A stretch of 64,000 nucleotides of DNA from Utricularia gibba (lineage: Eukaryota > Plantae > Magnoliophyta), in NCBI GenBank assembly GCA_002189035.1, contig NEEC01000029.1, positions 124,001 through 188,000 on the forward strand, read 5' to 3'. Positions within the stretch are counted from its first letter, which is position 1; each line of letters opens with the position of its first letter. Under the pieces are notes generated by a model. It was not told the origin of the DNA. It made no database searches and saw nothing but the letters and a program-made list of their open reading frames with translations. This document shows, piece after piece, positions 48,301-60,940 of the stretch. The position numbers and the translations under genes were made by a program.

Positions 48301-50688
48301 CTAATTGTTTCTCTTATTGTTTCATCATAAATTCTTACTCTTTTTACTTGTAGATAAGTGTTCTTTGCATGTCAATTGTGGTGGAAATGACTTTATTAAT
48401 AAAGAAAGTCATAGAGAAATCTTATATGAAGGGGATACAGGAGGAGTTCCTGCAAGATATATTAGTAACAACTACTGGGGTTTTGTAAGCACTGGTTATT
48501 TCTACAGTCAAGCTAGTAATAACCAAGATTCGCGAACCATTAGAATCGATCCCACCAATCAGCTCTCTGATCTGTATAGTTCAGCACGTCTGAGCCCTCT
48601 TTCACTTTCCTACTTTCACTATTGCTTGGAGAATGGAAGTTATAATGTTAGCCTGCACTTTGCTGAAATTCTTTTCACGAATGATAGTACCTATAACTCT
48701 CTTGGAAGACGGAAGTTTGATGTATATATTCAGGTTCTCTTTGATAAAGATCATTTTTATTGTGTTATTCAGCATCAGCAATGTTATTTCTCATCTGATT
48801 CTGGTTTTGAATCAGGAAAATTTAGTCTTGGAAAACTTCAACATTGAAGATGAGGCTGGTGGACCTCAAAAGCCTTTGGTCAAATATTTTAATGCCATAG
48901 TCTTGGATAACACGCTCATAATTCGGTTCTACTGGGCCAGTAAAGGTACCACCAGAATCCCCAACCGAGGAGACTTTGGTTCCCTCGTATCAGCTGTTTC
49001 TGTAGTTCCAAGTGAGTATCTTTGTTTCGATTCTGATGCTGATCTGAGCGTGATGTAACATGCTGCATATGCTCTCTCATGCAGGTTTTGGCAATTGTTC
49101 AACGCGCAGCAAGAGGAATGTTACTCCCTTTATTTTGGGTGGCATCATGATACCATGTGTCATTTTCTTCATTCTTGTTGTTCTCTGGCGGAAAGGCTTC
49201 CTAACAAGGCGAAGACGAGTACAGAAAGGTAGACTTGATCCTTGCATCCCTCCATTATACTGGTTTAGTGACCTTTTCTTCTGGTTGCATAGCGTTATGA
49301 TGAAAATGTGCAGGCTTTGAAGGTTTAGAACTACAAACAATCATGTTTTCTCTGAAACGAATTCGAGCTGCTACAAACAACTTCAACTCAGCAAACAAAG
49401 TTGGAGAAGGCGGGTTTGGCCCTGTATACAAGGTTCAAGCATTCGGTGGAAGTTGGCTGATCCTCATCCAAGTCTTTCTTCAGTTATCTAATGCACCAAC
49501 TGTTGCAGGGACAACTACCTGATGGGAGTGTGATCGCTGTAAAGAAGCTTTCATCCATGTCGAAACAAGGGAACCGCGAGTTTCTGAATGAGATTTTCAT
49601 GATCTCATGCTTGCAGCACCCGAATCTCGTGAAGCTCTATGGCTGCTGCATCGAAGGAGACGAGCTGCTGGTTGTTTACGAGTATATGGATAACAACAGC
49701 CTCGCGCACGCTCTCTTTGGTGATCATTTTGCTTCTTATCTTGATTATACATTCTTCTCAGAGTTGAAAAACAACTTTTTTTTGCTGGTTCCTCCCTGCA
49801 GGCTCTGAGGGCAGTCGACTAATCCTCGACTGGCCGACAAGATTCAACATTTGTATCGGAATTGCAAGAGGCCTCGCCTTCCTGCACGAGGGGTCGAGCC
49901 TGAAAATCGTTCATCGTGACATCAAGGCAACTAATGTGCTTTTGGACAGGAAACTCAACCCCAAAATCTCCGACTTTGGATTAGCTCGGCAAAACGAAGG
50001 CGAAAAGACGCATATAAGCACGAAAATCGCCGGAACAATGTGAGCTCAGACGGTTCTCCACCCCTGGTTCAGATTTGTTCTTTCTTTATGACGTTCTTTC
50101 ATCGTTGTCTCAGAGGATACATGGCTCCGGAGTATGCCTTATGGGGCTACCTCACAGAAAAGGCAGACGTTTACAGTTTCGGCGTCGTGGTTCTGGAAGT
50201 AGTAAGCGGAAGAAGCAACAACAACTACATGCCAAGCCACAACTTCATCTGCCTCCTCGATTGGGTACTCTTCCTCAAACTAAATGAATCCCCTGTTCTT
50301 ACCAACGTTGCCCAATCCTCTCCTTCCCACGGCTTCGCAGGCAAATCACCTCCAGGAAAGCAAGAAGATCGAGGATCTGCTAGACACCAGGCTGGGGCTT
50401 CAACTGAACATGGACGAGGTTGCAAGAGTAGTGAAGGTGGCACTGGTGTGCACGAACGCCACCCCGTCCGTCCGGCCGACCATGTCGGAGGTCGTCCGGA
50501 TGCTCGAAGGGACGATGGAAGTTCCGGAGGTGCCCCCGGAAGGAACCACTGATGATGTGAGATTCAAGGCCATGAAGGACCTCCAGAAGGAAAGGGAAAG
50601 CACCATTTCTTCATCCATGGTAAGAGATGACGCAGCTTACTGTTCTTCAACCTCAGGTTCTCACGAGATCACCTCCTCAGATGTATGA
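45308..50688 (+). CDS. LRR-malectin receptor-like kinase (LRR-VIII-2, RFK1/At1g29750-like)
   Basis: Signal exon [12 protein letters not shown]...VPQEE (45308-45410), a series of ~72-bp LRR exons, malectin [29 protein letters not shown], and a TM segment. RD kinase motifs: [29 protein letters not shown]. Confidence 0.93.
47581..47596. repeat. (TG)8 microsatellite in RLK intron
   Basis: tgtgtgtgtgtgtgtg. Confidence 0.8.
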
Positions 50689-50957
50689 TTTTTGAGCCAT
50701 TGGAGTAGGTGTTGTAGAGGGGATTGAGTATACGTTGTACAGGCAAGATTGTCGTCCCGCCATGTCTGTGTCCAATAGCTTGTTCTTTCTCTTACCAGGG
50801 ATTTTGAAGCCGCACGGTCCGTCCCATGTTTGTCTGGGAGCTCTTCAGTTCAAAGGCACGAGAGAGGACTTTTTTGTGAATAAAAATGTGTTATATTGTT
50901 TTTTTTTAAGTAAAAATATGTTAGATTTGCCTTTGTTTTGAAATTTGTTTTCATCGT

Positions 50958-51016
50958 GCCACGTCACTTGACACGTGGTGGCATGGGGGTGGAACGCGTC
51001 ACTCTTTCCATGCATG
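50958..51016 (+). promoter_or_regulatory. Seed/ABA-type promoter module of OBAP gene
   Basis: GCCACGTC 50958-50965, ACACGTGG 50971-50978, CE3-like ACGCGTC 50994-51000 and RY CATGCATG 51009-51016, all within 115 bp of the ATG. Confidence 0.6.
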
Positions 51017-51069
51017 TCTACTTCCATTACAAAAACCAAGACGGCGTAACGGTAGAATCAAGTGATCCG

Positions 51070-52037
51070 ATGGCTTCGAGCGACGGTGTTCCTGGCGTGA
51101 TGCCGCCCGGCGACGGGTCTGTTCCACCGGGGAAATCGATGACGGTGGGGCAAATGATCATCGACAGCGCAGCGCAAATCGTGCAGTCTTTAAATCCGAT
51201 CAAGAATATGAAACAGCACGCTTGCACCTTCGCGATTTACAGCCACGACATGCGCCGGCAAATCCAGGTCCATCACTACGCCTCCCGCCTCAGCCAGGAC
51301 TTCCTTCAATGCGCTGTCTACGATTCCGATGGGTCCGATGGCAGGCTAATCGGTAATGCTATGGATCCGATCCATACTCATCCCGATCCGATTTGCGAGA
51401 GTTTGATTATAGGTGTATTCTTTCTTCGATGAAGGTGTGGAGTACATAATTTCGCAGAGGGTCTTCGATACTCTTCAGCCGGAGGAGCAGAAACTCTGGC
51501 ATTCCCATGGCTACGAGGTACTATTTCTGATTCCGAGGACAGAGAATAGGATCTCTGAAATTAACTTCCATCGCAGGCTACGCAAGGGATATGGATGAAT
51601 CCAGGAGTGCCGGAGATGATACAGAAGGCAGAGGTGAAAGATATTGCACAAACCTACGGCAAATTTTGGTGCACTTGGCAAGTCGATCGAGGCAACGTCT
51701 TAACTTATCGGAATCCTCCTCCATTTCTACAGACATGCTAGCAATAGGGAACTGACACAGAGCTATTGCCGCGGTGACAGGCGACCAGCTGCCGATGGGG
51801 GCACCAGCGCTCATGGTGTCGCCGCAGGGAGTGAACCAGGGGACAGTGAAGGACGAGATGATTAGAGCAAGGGATGAGAAGTACAAGATCTCGTGCGAGC
51901 AGATGCGGAAGTCCAGGGAAGGTATTCCCGTGCCGGAGACGACGAATCCCTACTCCGACTACTGGATGACCACTCGGAAAGGCTTCGCTGTCCACGTTCT
52001 CCCGACAGACGAGAAAACCACTACGCCGTTTCCCTGA
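51070..52037 (+). CDS. Oil body-associated protein (DUF1264, OBAP2-like)
   Basis: Four exons. Motifs [62 protein letters not shown]. Third intron is GC-AG. Confidence 0.92.
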
Positions 52038-52972
52038 GATCGTCGTCCGTACGCGTGTACGGACGTCTAGGGCATTTGGAAATAACGTCAGGAAGAAAGG
52101 CCACAGTTGTTAAATAGCTAGGCCCAATACTCTATGCGGCCCGCTTACTACATTTGTATTCCAAGAGTGGGCCCAGTGAATGGATTTCCGAGTTTGGGTC
52201 GAAATTGACGGCCACATAATTAAATGGGCCTAGCCCATTTATTTAACGGCCCAGATCCCATCGAAAAAGCTCAATGGATTTCAACCGTCGATCTACCACT
52301 ATTTTATGGGAAGGAACAAAAGCCCATTTCCCCGCTTCCACTGCTGTGTAATAAGTTGAAATGTCGAGAATCTTTGTAATAAGACAGAGGGATAGTTGTT
52401 GGGAGTTGTGGGGCTGGAAGCTCACTCAGGGGAGTGACGACAGGCGGTGCCATGTGCATTGTCTTCAATGAGAGGGGCCATGTCCAGTCATACCTTGTCT
52501 GCATTGCCTTCAATCAGAGCAAGCACGCCCATTTATATCTTATCCGCTCAAGCGTCCATCGCCAATGACAGGAGTCCTGCAACCCAGAAGACGAAGGCCC
52601 TCCGAGACTCTCCTCCTCCCCGGGATCACTCAGAAGCCAACAGCACTTTCCGTACCAAAACGACTCCGGCCTGTCCAGAATGAGCGTTCATGGAGGCTCT
52701 CTGTGACTGAGTCGCGGAGATCTGGGCACAGGGAGGGAGACGGGATGGGACAGAAATTAGGAGGCTGACTATTTGAAGCCCAGCAAGAAGGATGTACTTG
52801 GTGTACTATGTGGCTTCAAATAGCCTGGAAAACGTGCATTTTAACACCCTTGTTGCTTTCTAAATTTGTCAAGTCTAGAAATCATTACATGTCATTGGGT
52901 TTGGATTTAAGATTCTTTTTTTTTTCAGGAAAAGAATTTATTTCTTCATTCGGCAGTGAATCTGGGGTAACA

Positions 52973-53820
52973 TCAGCCCCTTGTCCTGGTTGAAGCCCCA
53001 TGGATAGCAGCTATGTAAAGGAGCTGAGTTGCAGACAAGATTATGATGAATGCTTCCATTGTTTGCTGCAGAAAAGACCATTTGTTAGGAGCAAGATTTG
53101 GGCCATGTTTTCTTTGATTCATCATTCTACTGTGTTTTTGTAATAGTTTGCGTAAAACTTACCAGACGGGGGTTGCTGGTGGAGAGCTCGATCTCTTTAG
53201 AAGCAAAGCTGAGAAGGGAGGAGGAATCAGCAAGAATAGAATCACTATGTATTGTCTGAACTGAAGTGAGGGAAGCGGATGATACCCCATGGCCAGAACT
53301 GTAAAACCCCACGCGACGATGGCATTAGAGGCGGCAGGGGGCAAGCTATCGGCGTCCCAGTACCGGAGATGGTTCAGTCCGGCGAGTAATGATGCGATCC
53401 CGACAACACCAGCGACCAACGAGAACAAGACAAAGAACCCGGTTGCAGCGTTTCCCATTGGAAAGAATATTGGTGAGAAATGGGCCGGCAGAGAAAGATG
53501 TGGACCTGTCGCATGTGCAATGAGACAGAATCAGGCTATAGGACGACTGCATGAAAACCACTCTTGGAATGGAACTGTTGGTTCCAATTTTTTCTGTTTT
53601 TTTCCGCTCACAACACATGCTCTGTTCCATTCTTTTAAAGAATGATCACAACAATGAAGCCGAGATCAAATAGACTACGAGAAACGATCTTACCAATTAC
53701 GAAGCCATGGTCAATAGCTCTGTTAACAGCCCAGCCTCCAACACCCAAAACTATTGCATACATACAGAAGTTGAGTACCAGAAGTAGTCCAGCAACAGGT
53801 TTCAGTTGATCAGCAGCCAT
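52973..53820 (-). CDS. AWPM19: AWPM-19-like membrane protein
   Basis: Four exons: LLLVLNFCMYAIVLGVGGWAVN / FPMGNAATGFFVLFSLVAGVVG..AWGFTVLAMG / FASKEI / TMEAFIIILSATQLLYIAAIH...G*. Confidence 0.92.
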
Positions 53821-54238
53821 CCTTGGGATTTTTCTTATTTCCTAACAGATTGTGCATTCTGTTAGCAGAAACCTGGAAGTTAAATAGATATCAGTAGCAT
53901 ACTATCAAGGGCTCTCGGTTCTTTTCTTGTCAGGGTGTTTGTTCTACAGAATCTTCGCATAGCTGTAGAGTTAATACTTTGTGTTCAAGTCAGGGAAGAC
54001 AAGAAGGGCCAATACGCATAAAATAGCATACCTTATACCATAAGCCATCCTCGATGCACTACACAAATGCCAAGAAACAAATGTTCTTTAAAAACTTGAA
54101 AAGTAAGTTTTGACCATAAGAGCATTGCATGGTTTACTAAAAATACTGATAGAATTTACAGCGGTAGAGCAAAACCACATATGATTAGAAACTGAGGTCA
54201 CGAGCTAGCTGTGAAGGTAAAATCAATATCACTGACTA

Positions 54239-57200
54239 TTATGAAGAATCAAGTACACAGACATGTGAAGAAGGAATGGAACCCAAGCAGCTATAGATTG
54301 AATAATGAAACTTATAAGAATTGTGGGCCACAGGAACAACATCGATCCATTCCTTGTCAACCTTCGTCACGAACGAACTACAGCGTGGAACAGCTTCAAA
54401 TAGAAGCTTGCTTTCTTGCTTCACTAGCTTGCTCAAGAAACTCATTGAAAATACCAAGTTAAAATCTTCTTCGGGATTGAAGTCCTTGTACACACGAATT
54501 CCAACTGCAGTTTTGGATGAGTCCACAAGGCCAGCAAGAGCTTGGATGTTTTCCCATCTTTCAGTGAGTCTGCAAATCTGCACAGAGCATTTATGTGGGG
54601 AATTGTCAAATGGAAATGGCTGGGGAAAAAAGTATAAAAAAGGCTTCTTTTACACCAAAACTAGGTCGAGTCAAAAAAAAAAAAAAAAAAAATCCATACC
54701 GCAATGTACTCAACACCCAGTTCGCTCATTTGTTTGAATAGCGAGTCCTGGGACGAAAGTAAGCAGATTGTTCCCCAGACCCAATGGAAGTTTGGAGAAA
54801 CTCCCACGGTGACTTCATCAATATTTTATTGTTGCTCTCTCCTTCCAGACTACCGATAACAGGAAGAACACCCTCTTTGAAATGCCAAAACTGTGGAAGC
54901 ATGAAACGTTGAATAATTTTTTGGGTGTAGGAACTGTCTCAAAGACTGCCAAATGTAAAACGAATGAACAATCATTAACAGCAACATTTATGTGCTCAAC
55001 CTTATTGGGATCAAGTGCAAAATATTCATTCTCACTGAACACCCCTTGTATAGAATTGAACAAATGATGAGGGCACACTAAGACAAGAGGCACCGAGTAT
55101 CTGTCTTCATGCTGCAGATGAAAATTTAAAATTCAGAACGCACAAAATATTGGAGAACAATATGTTAATAAATAAACATTGAGAAGAGAACACCTGAAAA
55201 TTACCTCAATTAATCCCTGAGAATTAAAGAATTTTTCTAGAAGCAAGGCACTATCATTTGCACAAGATGTAAGGTTACTATCGGTAGTCTTTACAGTTTC
55301 ACCCACATCCAGAACAACTGCAATTTTTCCAGCACGCATCAAAGCACAACCTTCCCTTTGCAGCTTGAGATAGGATTCAGATAGCCTTCTACTTGCAGAA
55401 GCACGGCCATCACCAGGAAGTTTAAAGATGTTTGATGTTGGCACAGAAGTGAGAATGTGACACAAATCCGAACTAATTTTAAAATAAATGAACTTGGTTA
55501 GTAGACGCAGAAAACAACGCATACATACTTCAAATTTGAGCCCATATTAACTTACTACCTTGCAGACGGGATTTTCATGCTTTGCAGAGCTTGTTGAAGT
55601 AGTCTAGAGTTCACCGATAAGATCTGATCTGCAAGAAGATCCTTCTGATCTTTCTCTCCATATCGAAACCCATAGAAGACATGCTGCTGATCCAGTTCAC
55701 ATAACTTCTTCTTGGCTGTGATCAATCGTCTTTGAAACTTCTTTCTTTCTTTCCATTCCTTGAGTAAACAAACAACTCATGATTCTGTGGAGTGATCTCA
55801 GAAAGAAAGGAACTACAAATTTAAATCCTTACAAGCTCGCGTCTTTCTTTCTTGCTCTTCTCGTATTTAGGTATATTTAGCTCCAGAAGGCCCTTTGGAG
55901 GTGTAATCATAATCTCGTTTTTCTCCATGTCAACAATGGGAACAATTGCCTCCACGAATGGAATCCATACCATTGGACCAGGATCACCGCTCTCAATTTT
56001 TGGTTTACGCTCCACATGCAGAAGATCACTTGCTCCACTGTTGATAACAGCAGCAACAGTTCCGATTAATTCCCCCGATTCCTGTACCAATAAAAAAAAA
56101 TCAAGATTTCACAGCAATAAAACTAAATGGCTTCAAATTACTCAAAGTTTGATGAAGGAATATGTGACACTGGCTAACGGCCTACACTACATTTTCCTTA
56201 AATCTTCAGAAAAAAAAAAAATACAAACAATGAAAGTCCATGCGCCGCCCATAAACCTGTAAAACAACTTTCATTCCAATCAGGTCATGGGTGTAGAATT
56301 CGCCTTCTTCTAGCATTGGCCTGTCCTGATCTGTAACAAGTATTGTTGACCCAACAAGTTTTTGTGCCTGATTCCATTAAAAATATGTAAATCAAGAGCT
56401 TCTCATTCTCGTCTCTACAATGTAGAAATATTCTGAAAACGCTATGTTTGCTCAGCACACCTCTTCAACTGTATTGATGCCATTAAATTTGACGATCCAA
56501 TTTTGACCAGCTTGGCCACGGCCCTCCACAAGTTCAATCTCTTTCACAGCCTCTGTCCCAGATGTTTGCTGCTTCAACCACCTAGTTCCTGGCTAGTGAG
56601 CAGTCAATACTCTATATGAGAACGAGATATATCTGCTACTTGAGAGACAAACTACTTCCTAACCTGCACCATCGTACTCTCTCCACATCCATACTATATT
56701 CAAGCACACAGATACAGACACTCAATAACTAGTTTATTAAACATTTGATCCCTTGCACGCCTCAACATTCAATCGCCACTATTACAATTTTCAATTGCAT
56801 CATAAAAGTAGCCCTATATTATTGAGTATATAAGGCAACCTTTAAAAAGAAAATTTTTTTTCTTTGATTAACCAATCTAAATCCAGGTTCTAGCGTTCAA
56901 AGCTACCTTACACTGATAGAAAAAAAAAAATAAAAAAAAAAAAGAAAGAAAGAAAGAAAAAGAAACTACTTCCCTACCGTGGAAAAGCGCAGCTCAGGGA
57001 AATCTGTGTTCGGCTTGACCTTGACCTCACCTTGGAGTCCATGAACACCAAAAACATAACCCGTCTCCACAAACCCGGAATCAGAAGCAGTCCGCAGAAC
57101 TTCTTGAGCCGCTGACATACGAACTGAAAGATGTCCACAAAATACCTCGTCATCCACCATATGAGTAAATTGAATTTATACCCAATTCCGAAAATAGGAA

Positions 57201-57483
57201 AGAACTCGAAGATATGATACGACATATAAAACTCACTCGCAACGAAATCAAAAAGGTTCAAGAATCAGCTACTTCAGCGAAAACCGCAAATACCTATCGC
57301 GTGAGCGACAGCAGGATCATGCCTCCGAAACCGTAAAGAATTGCAGAATAGGCCGCTGGAGAGTGAATGTTTCGGCCTGGAATGGATGTGCTTCCCCGAA
57401 ACTCGATGATAGGCTGGGAACTGCATCGACGAACGACGGGAATTCAGGCAGGAACAGCCGGAGAGTACCGACGAGCTCTGCAT
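54239..57483 (-). CDS. rimM: Plastid-targeted RimM-family protein with C-terminal nucleotide-diphospho-sugar-transferase-like region (At5g46420-type)
   Basis: Ser-rich transit peptide, VETGYVFGVHGLQGEVKVKPNTDFPELRF, EFYTHDLIGM, GASDLLHV, WIPFVEAIVPIVD, TPPKGLLELN and KILMKSPWE. Apparent 1-bp loss at 54773-54776. Confidence 0.9.
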
Positions 57484-57982
57484 TGAGTTTAAGTGAGGAC
57501 GTTAAAATTTCTTAGATTTTTCAGAACCTATCAAAGCATGAATGGAGATGGGAGAATCCGAAGATAGTTGCTCCCGGGCATCAGACGCGGCTGCGATCCG
57601 GATAACGGTCAGGTACACCGGGCCGAGTTAGGGCCTGTGTTTTTTTTTTTTTACTGGGCTTTAAATTGGGACCAATCCGAGCGCAGCTTAAAAAGATTTA
57701 TGACTTGGCCTGTATAAGATCCTATCTGCTCTGAGTTTCGCCAGCGGCAACTCCGACGCCGACAACAGGTTTACTGAAGAACTTGAATTTTTTTCTTTTT
57801 CGGTTTTCTCTTACGGGAACAACTTAAAAAAATTCTTCATGTGTTGGTGGATATGATTCGTTTTGTTTTCCTTTCTGTAGAGATTCTTAGATTTTGCGAA
57901 TGCCCTTTATTTTTGACTAGTTTGTTCTAAAATTTTGCATATGTTTGTTGACTCGATTGTGGTTTTCTAGATTTTAGCTTCA

Positions 57983-58769
57983 ATGGAGCTTGGCTCTCTC
58001 CAGGATGAGTCCCAGGCAACGTTTTCATTTGTGGATGAAGATCATACTCTTGCAAATTCTCTGAGATATACGCTTAATCAAGAGTGAGTCATTCTTTCGT
58101 GCCTACTTTGCTATTTCTTGATGTTGGTTCATGGTGAAGTCATTCTCTGCGCCTGAATAGTGAGTGTGAAAGTCCTCGTTGCTTATTGATTATCATTACG
58201 TTATGTGAAAAACCCATTTTATAGATACCCTAACTATGAGTCCAACAGAAGTAGAAGGAATATAGCACATCAAAACACAAACTTTACAAATGAAATGGGG
58301 AGAATGCTATGTTTTTTGTTCTTCAAGAACCCTGCTCACTGTGTGTTAATGATTATATTGCAGCCCCAGAGTATCCTTTTGTGGTTACAGTATTCCCCAT
58401 CCTTCTGATGCCCGCGTAAACATAAGAGTACAAACAACTGGTAAAGTCTATCCTTCAGCCTCATTCGCTTTATAAGGTTGATTTTTACTCTTACCTATCC
58501 ATGGCTTTCATGATGTTTAAACCTCTCAATGAGTATTAATGGATAAGCTTGTAGTTCATTTTGGATTTGACTGAAATGCTATCGTTCACAAGGTTTCAAA
58601 GTGATCGTTGAAGATTGAGATTGCATTTGCAGGGGATCCAGCTCGTGAGGTGTTGAGGGACTCATGCCAAGATTTGATGCTCACATGCCAGCATGTCAGA
58701 AGCACCTTTGAACAAGCCGTGAAGGAATTCAAGAACGGGAAAATGGAAACTGACATAACACTACTTTGA
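57983..58769 (+). CDS. RPAC2: RNA polymerase I/III shared subunit AC19 (RPAC2/POLR1D)
   Basis: Three exons: ATFSFVDEDHTLANSLRYTLNQ / DPRVSFCGYSIPHPSDARVNIRVQTT / GDPAREVL...L*. Confidence 0.93.
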
Positions 58770-59014
58770 GTCTCTTTTCGGTTGTTTGGTTTCTGTAATT
58801 TGTCATTCACAGTATGTTTTACTTTAGATGTTGAATTTTGTTAAAGCCATCAAAGAGTATTTCCTACAGCTTTTGAAATGAGCATCCAATACGTTGATGG
58901 GGTGATTAGAGAGCAATGAAAACAAGAGTCACCAAAAAAAGTTGCAGTGTATTGTCAAGTATGTTCTCTTAAAACTCACTGGAACTTCGCATTAAACATG
59001 AGAAAGTAAGGATT

Positions 59015-59809
59015 TCATTTTCCGGGAACGAAGTTTGTGGCATAAGCCCAGGCGTTGTTGTTAACAGGGTCAGCCAGGTGATCGGCGAGATTCTCCAAGG
59101 GTCCCTTTCCAGTGACGATGGCCTGTACAAAGAAGCCAAACATGGAGAACATGGCCAGCCTTCCATTCTTGATCTCCTTGACCTTAAGCTCAGCAAAGGC
59201 CTCCGGATCATCTGCCAATCCCAAGGGATCAAAGCTGCCTCCGGGGTAAATGGGGTCTGTGACGTCTCCGAGCGGTCCACCAGAGATGCGGTAGCCCTCA
59301 ACAGCACCCATTAGTACAACCTGGGAGGCCCAGATTGCCAGGATGCTCTGAGCATGAACCAAACCAGGGTTGCCCAAGTAATCAAGGCCACCCTCGGCGA
59401 AGATCTGTGATCCAGCCTTGAACCAGACAGCTTCCCCGAATGAGACACCGTTCTTTGCCAGCAGCTCAGGGAAGACACATCCAAGAGCACCCAGCATAGC
59501 CCACCTGGCATGGATCACCTCCAATTCCCGGTTCTTAGCAAAGGTTTCAGGGTCTGCAGAGAGGCCGGCAGTATCCCACCCGTAGTCCCCAGCGAATTCT
59601 CCAGTCAAGTAGCTTGGGGTTGCGCCAGAGAAGGGACCCAAGTACTTAACACGGTCGGGGCCGTACCATGGGCTGCTTGAGGTGGACTTGGTGACGGTTC
59701 TCCTCATCGAGATCCTTCCCTTTCCAGTGAGCTCTGGAGTCGAAGGCGCCTGTTTCACCGCCTGGCCAGCGAAGGAGGAGGAGGAGAGAGCCATTGTTGC
59801 CGCTGCCAT
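59015..59809 (-). CDS. LHCB1: Light-harvesting chlorophyll a/b-binding protein Lhcb1
   Basis: Intronless, 264 aa: [10 protein letters not shown]..., [39 protein letters not shown], ...NFVPGK. Confidence 0.97.
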   Translation of the reverse strand: MAAATMALSSSSFAGQAVKQAPSTPELTGKGRISMRRTVTKSTSSSPWYGPDRVKYLGPFSGATPSYLTGEFAGDYGWDTAGLSADPETFAKNRELEVIHARWAMLGALGCVFPELLAKNGVSFGEAVWFKAGSQIFAEGGLDYLGNPGLVHAQSILAIWASQVVLMGAVEGYRISGGPLGDVTDPIYPGGSFDPLGLADDPEAFAELKVKEIKNGRLAMFSMFGFFVQAIVTGKGPLENLADHLADPVNNNAWAYATNFVPGK

Positions 59810-59901
59810 TGCAGAAACTATGAAGAGAAGAGTGAAAGGATGGGTACGTGTTGTTGCAGCTGAGACGGAGGTATTTGTAGGCAAAGAAAGGAAATCACTG
59901 T

Positions 59902-60263
59902 CTTATCTCGTGGTATCAATATCTTCATTCCTATTGGTTTGCCGATTTCACGTTGTCCAAATGGCCATCGCCTACGCCCTCATGACTCGTTTACAACGGT
60001 AACTTCCACCCGAATGTCATGTAGGCTTCTTGGTTATGTTCAAATTTTGAGGCGCCTGGCAACACGTGGCTCTCTCTTAGCTTGACACTTGGCAGCCCGT
60101 CATTGGGTAATCAAATGCCTAGCAACCCTAATCGGTCCATGTACAACATTGTCCCAAATTCCCTTACCCTCAATGGAATCCCCTTATCCTACAAAGATAA
60201 TGAAGATTGTGAGTTGTCACGACGACCAATCACAACGAAGATAATTTCCCTTCAAATATAAAA
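59902..60263. promoter_or_regulatory. Divergent light-responsive promoter between Lhcb1 and its pseudo-copy
   Basis: Triple GATA/I-box at 59902-59923 and CCAAT at 59933-59937 (minus strand), G-box CACGTG at 60063-60068, and CCAAT plus TATAAAA (~60226-60263) on the plus strand. Confidence 0.55.
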
Positions 60264-60362
60264 TTAAAAAAAAATGAAGAAAAGAATCCCATGGGCATGC
60301 AAACTCACCCCTGAAAGTACAACGTCCATCTTCCAATAACACATGAAGAAGCTCTTCCTGCA

Positions 60363-60570
60363 ATGGTCGCTGGAACAACGGCTCTCTGCTTCCCGTTTTT
60401 CACCGGCCGACCGGTGAAGCAATCTCCCTCCGCCCCGTGGATGAGGAAAGCTGACTCCAAGTCTGCCTCCTCCGGTTGCCCATGGTACGGCCCCGACCGT
60501 GTAGATACCGAGCTTGGTTCATGCTCAGAACATACTGGCTATCCGGGCGAGCCATTGAAGGCTATCGTGA
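60363..60570 (+). pseudogene. Internally deleted Lhcb1 pseudogene
   Basis: Transit-peptide-like start, [15 protein letters not shown], then a jump into a shifted frame giving PSLVHAQNILAI..AIEGYRV. The rest of the gene is absent. Confidence 0.85.
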
Positions 60571-60940
60571 GCTGATAAATGAGCAGATGATCGTGGTGTT
60601 GGAAGAGATTGTTTCTGAGTTCTGGAGAATGCAAATTATCTTTCGTATAACTATATGTACAAAAATAGTTCTTTTGTGAATCTTGCTCAGTTCAATATGC
60701 ACAGAACCAATTAACCGATTACTATTTACCCAAACCGCATCCATGATCATCAGTTTGGAACTGAACTACTAGCTTTCTCAAGAACCATCACATTAGCTTT
60801 CTGATTGGCAAGGGTGACAAAGATCTCGACACGAGAGATGAATTGAAGCATTTGCAACTATGTACAACCGCCGACCTTGTTCACATCACTGTGCCCGCTT
60901 ACCATTTTCCATGTTGCTTCTCAGTGAATGGCAAACTGGC

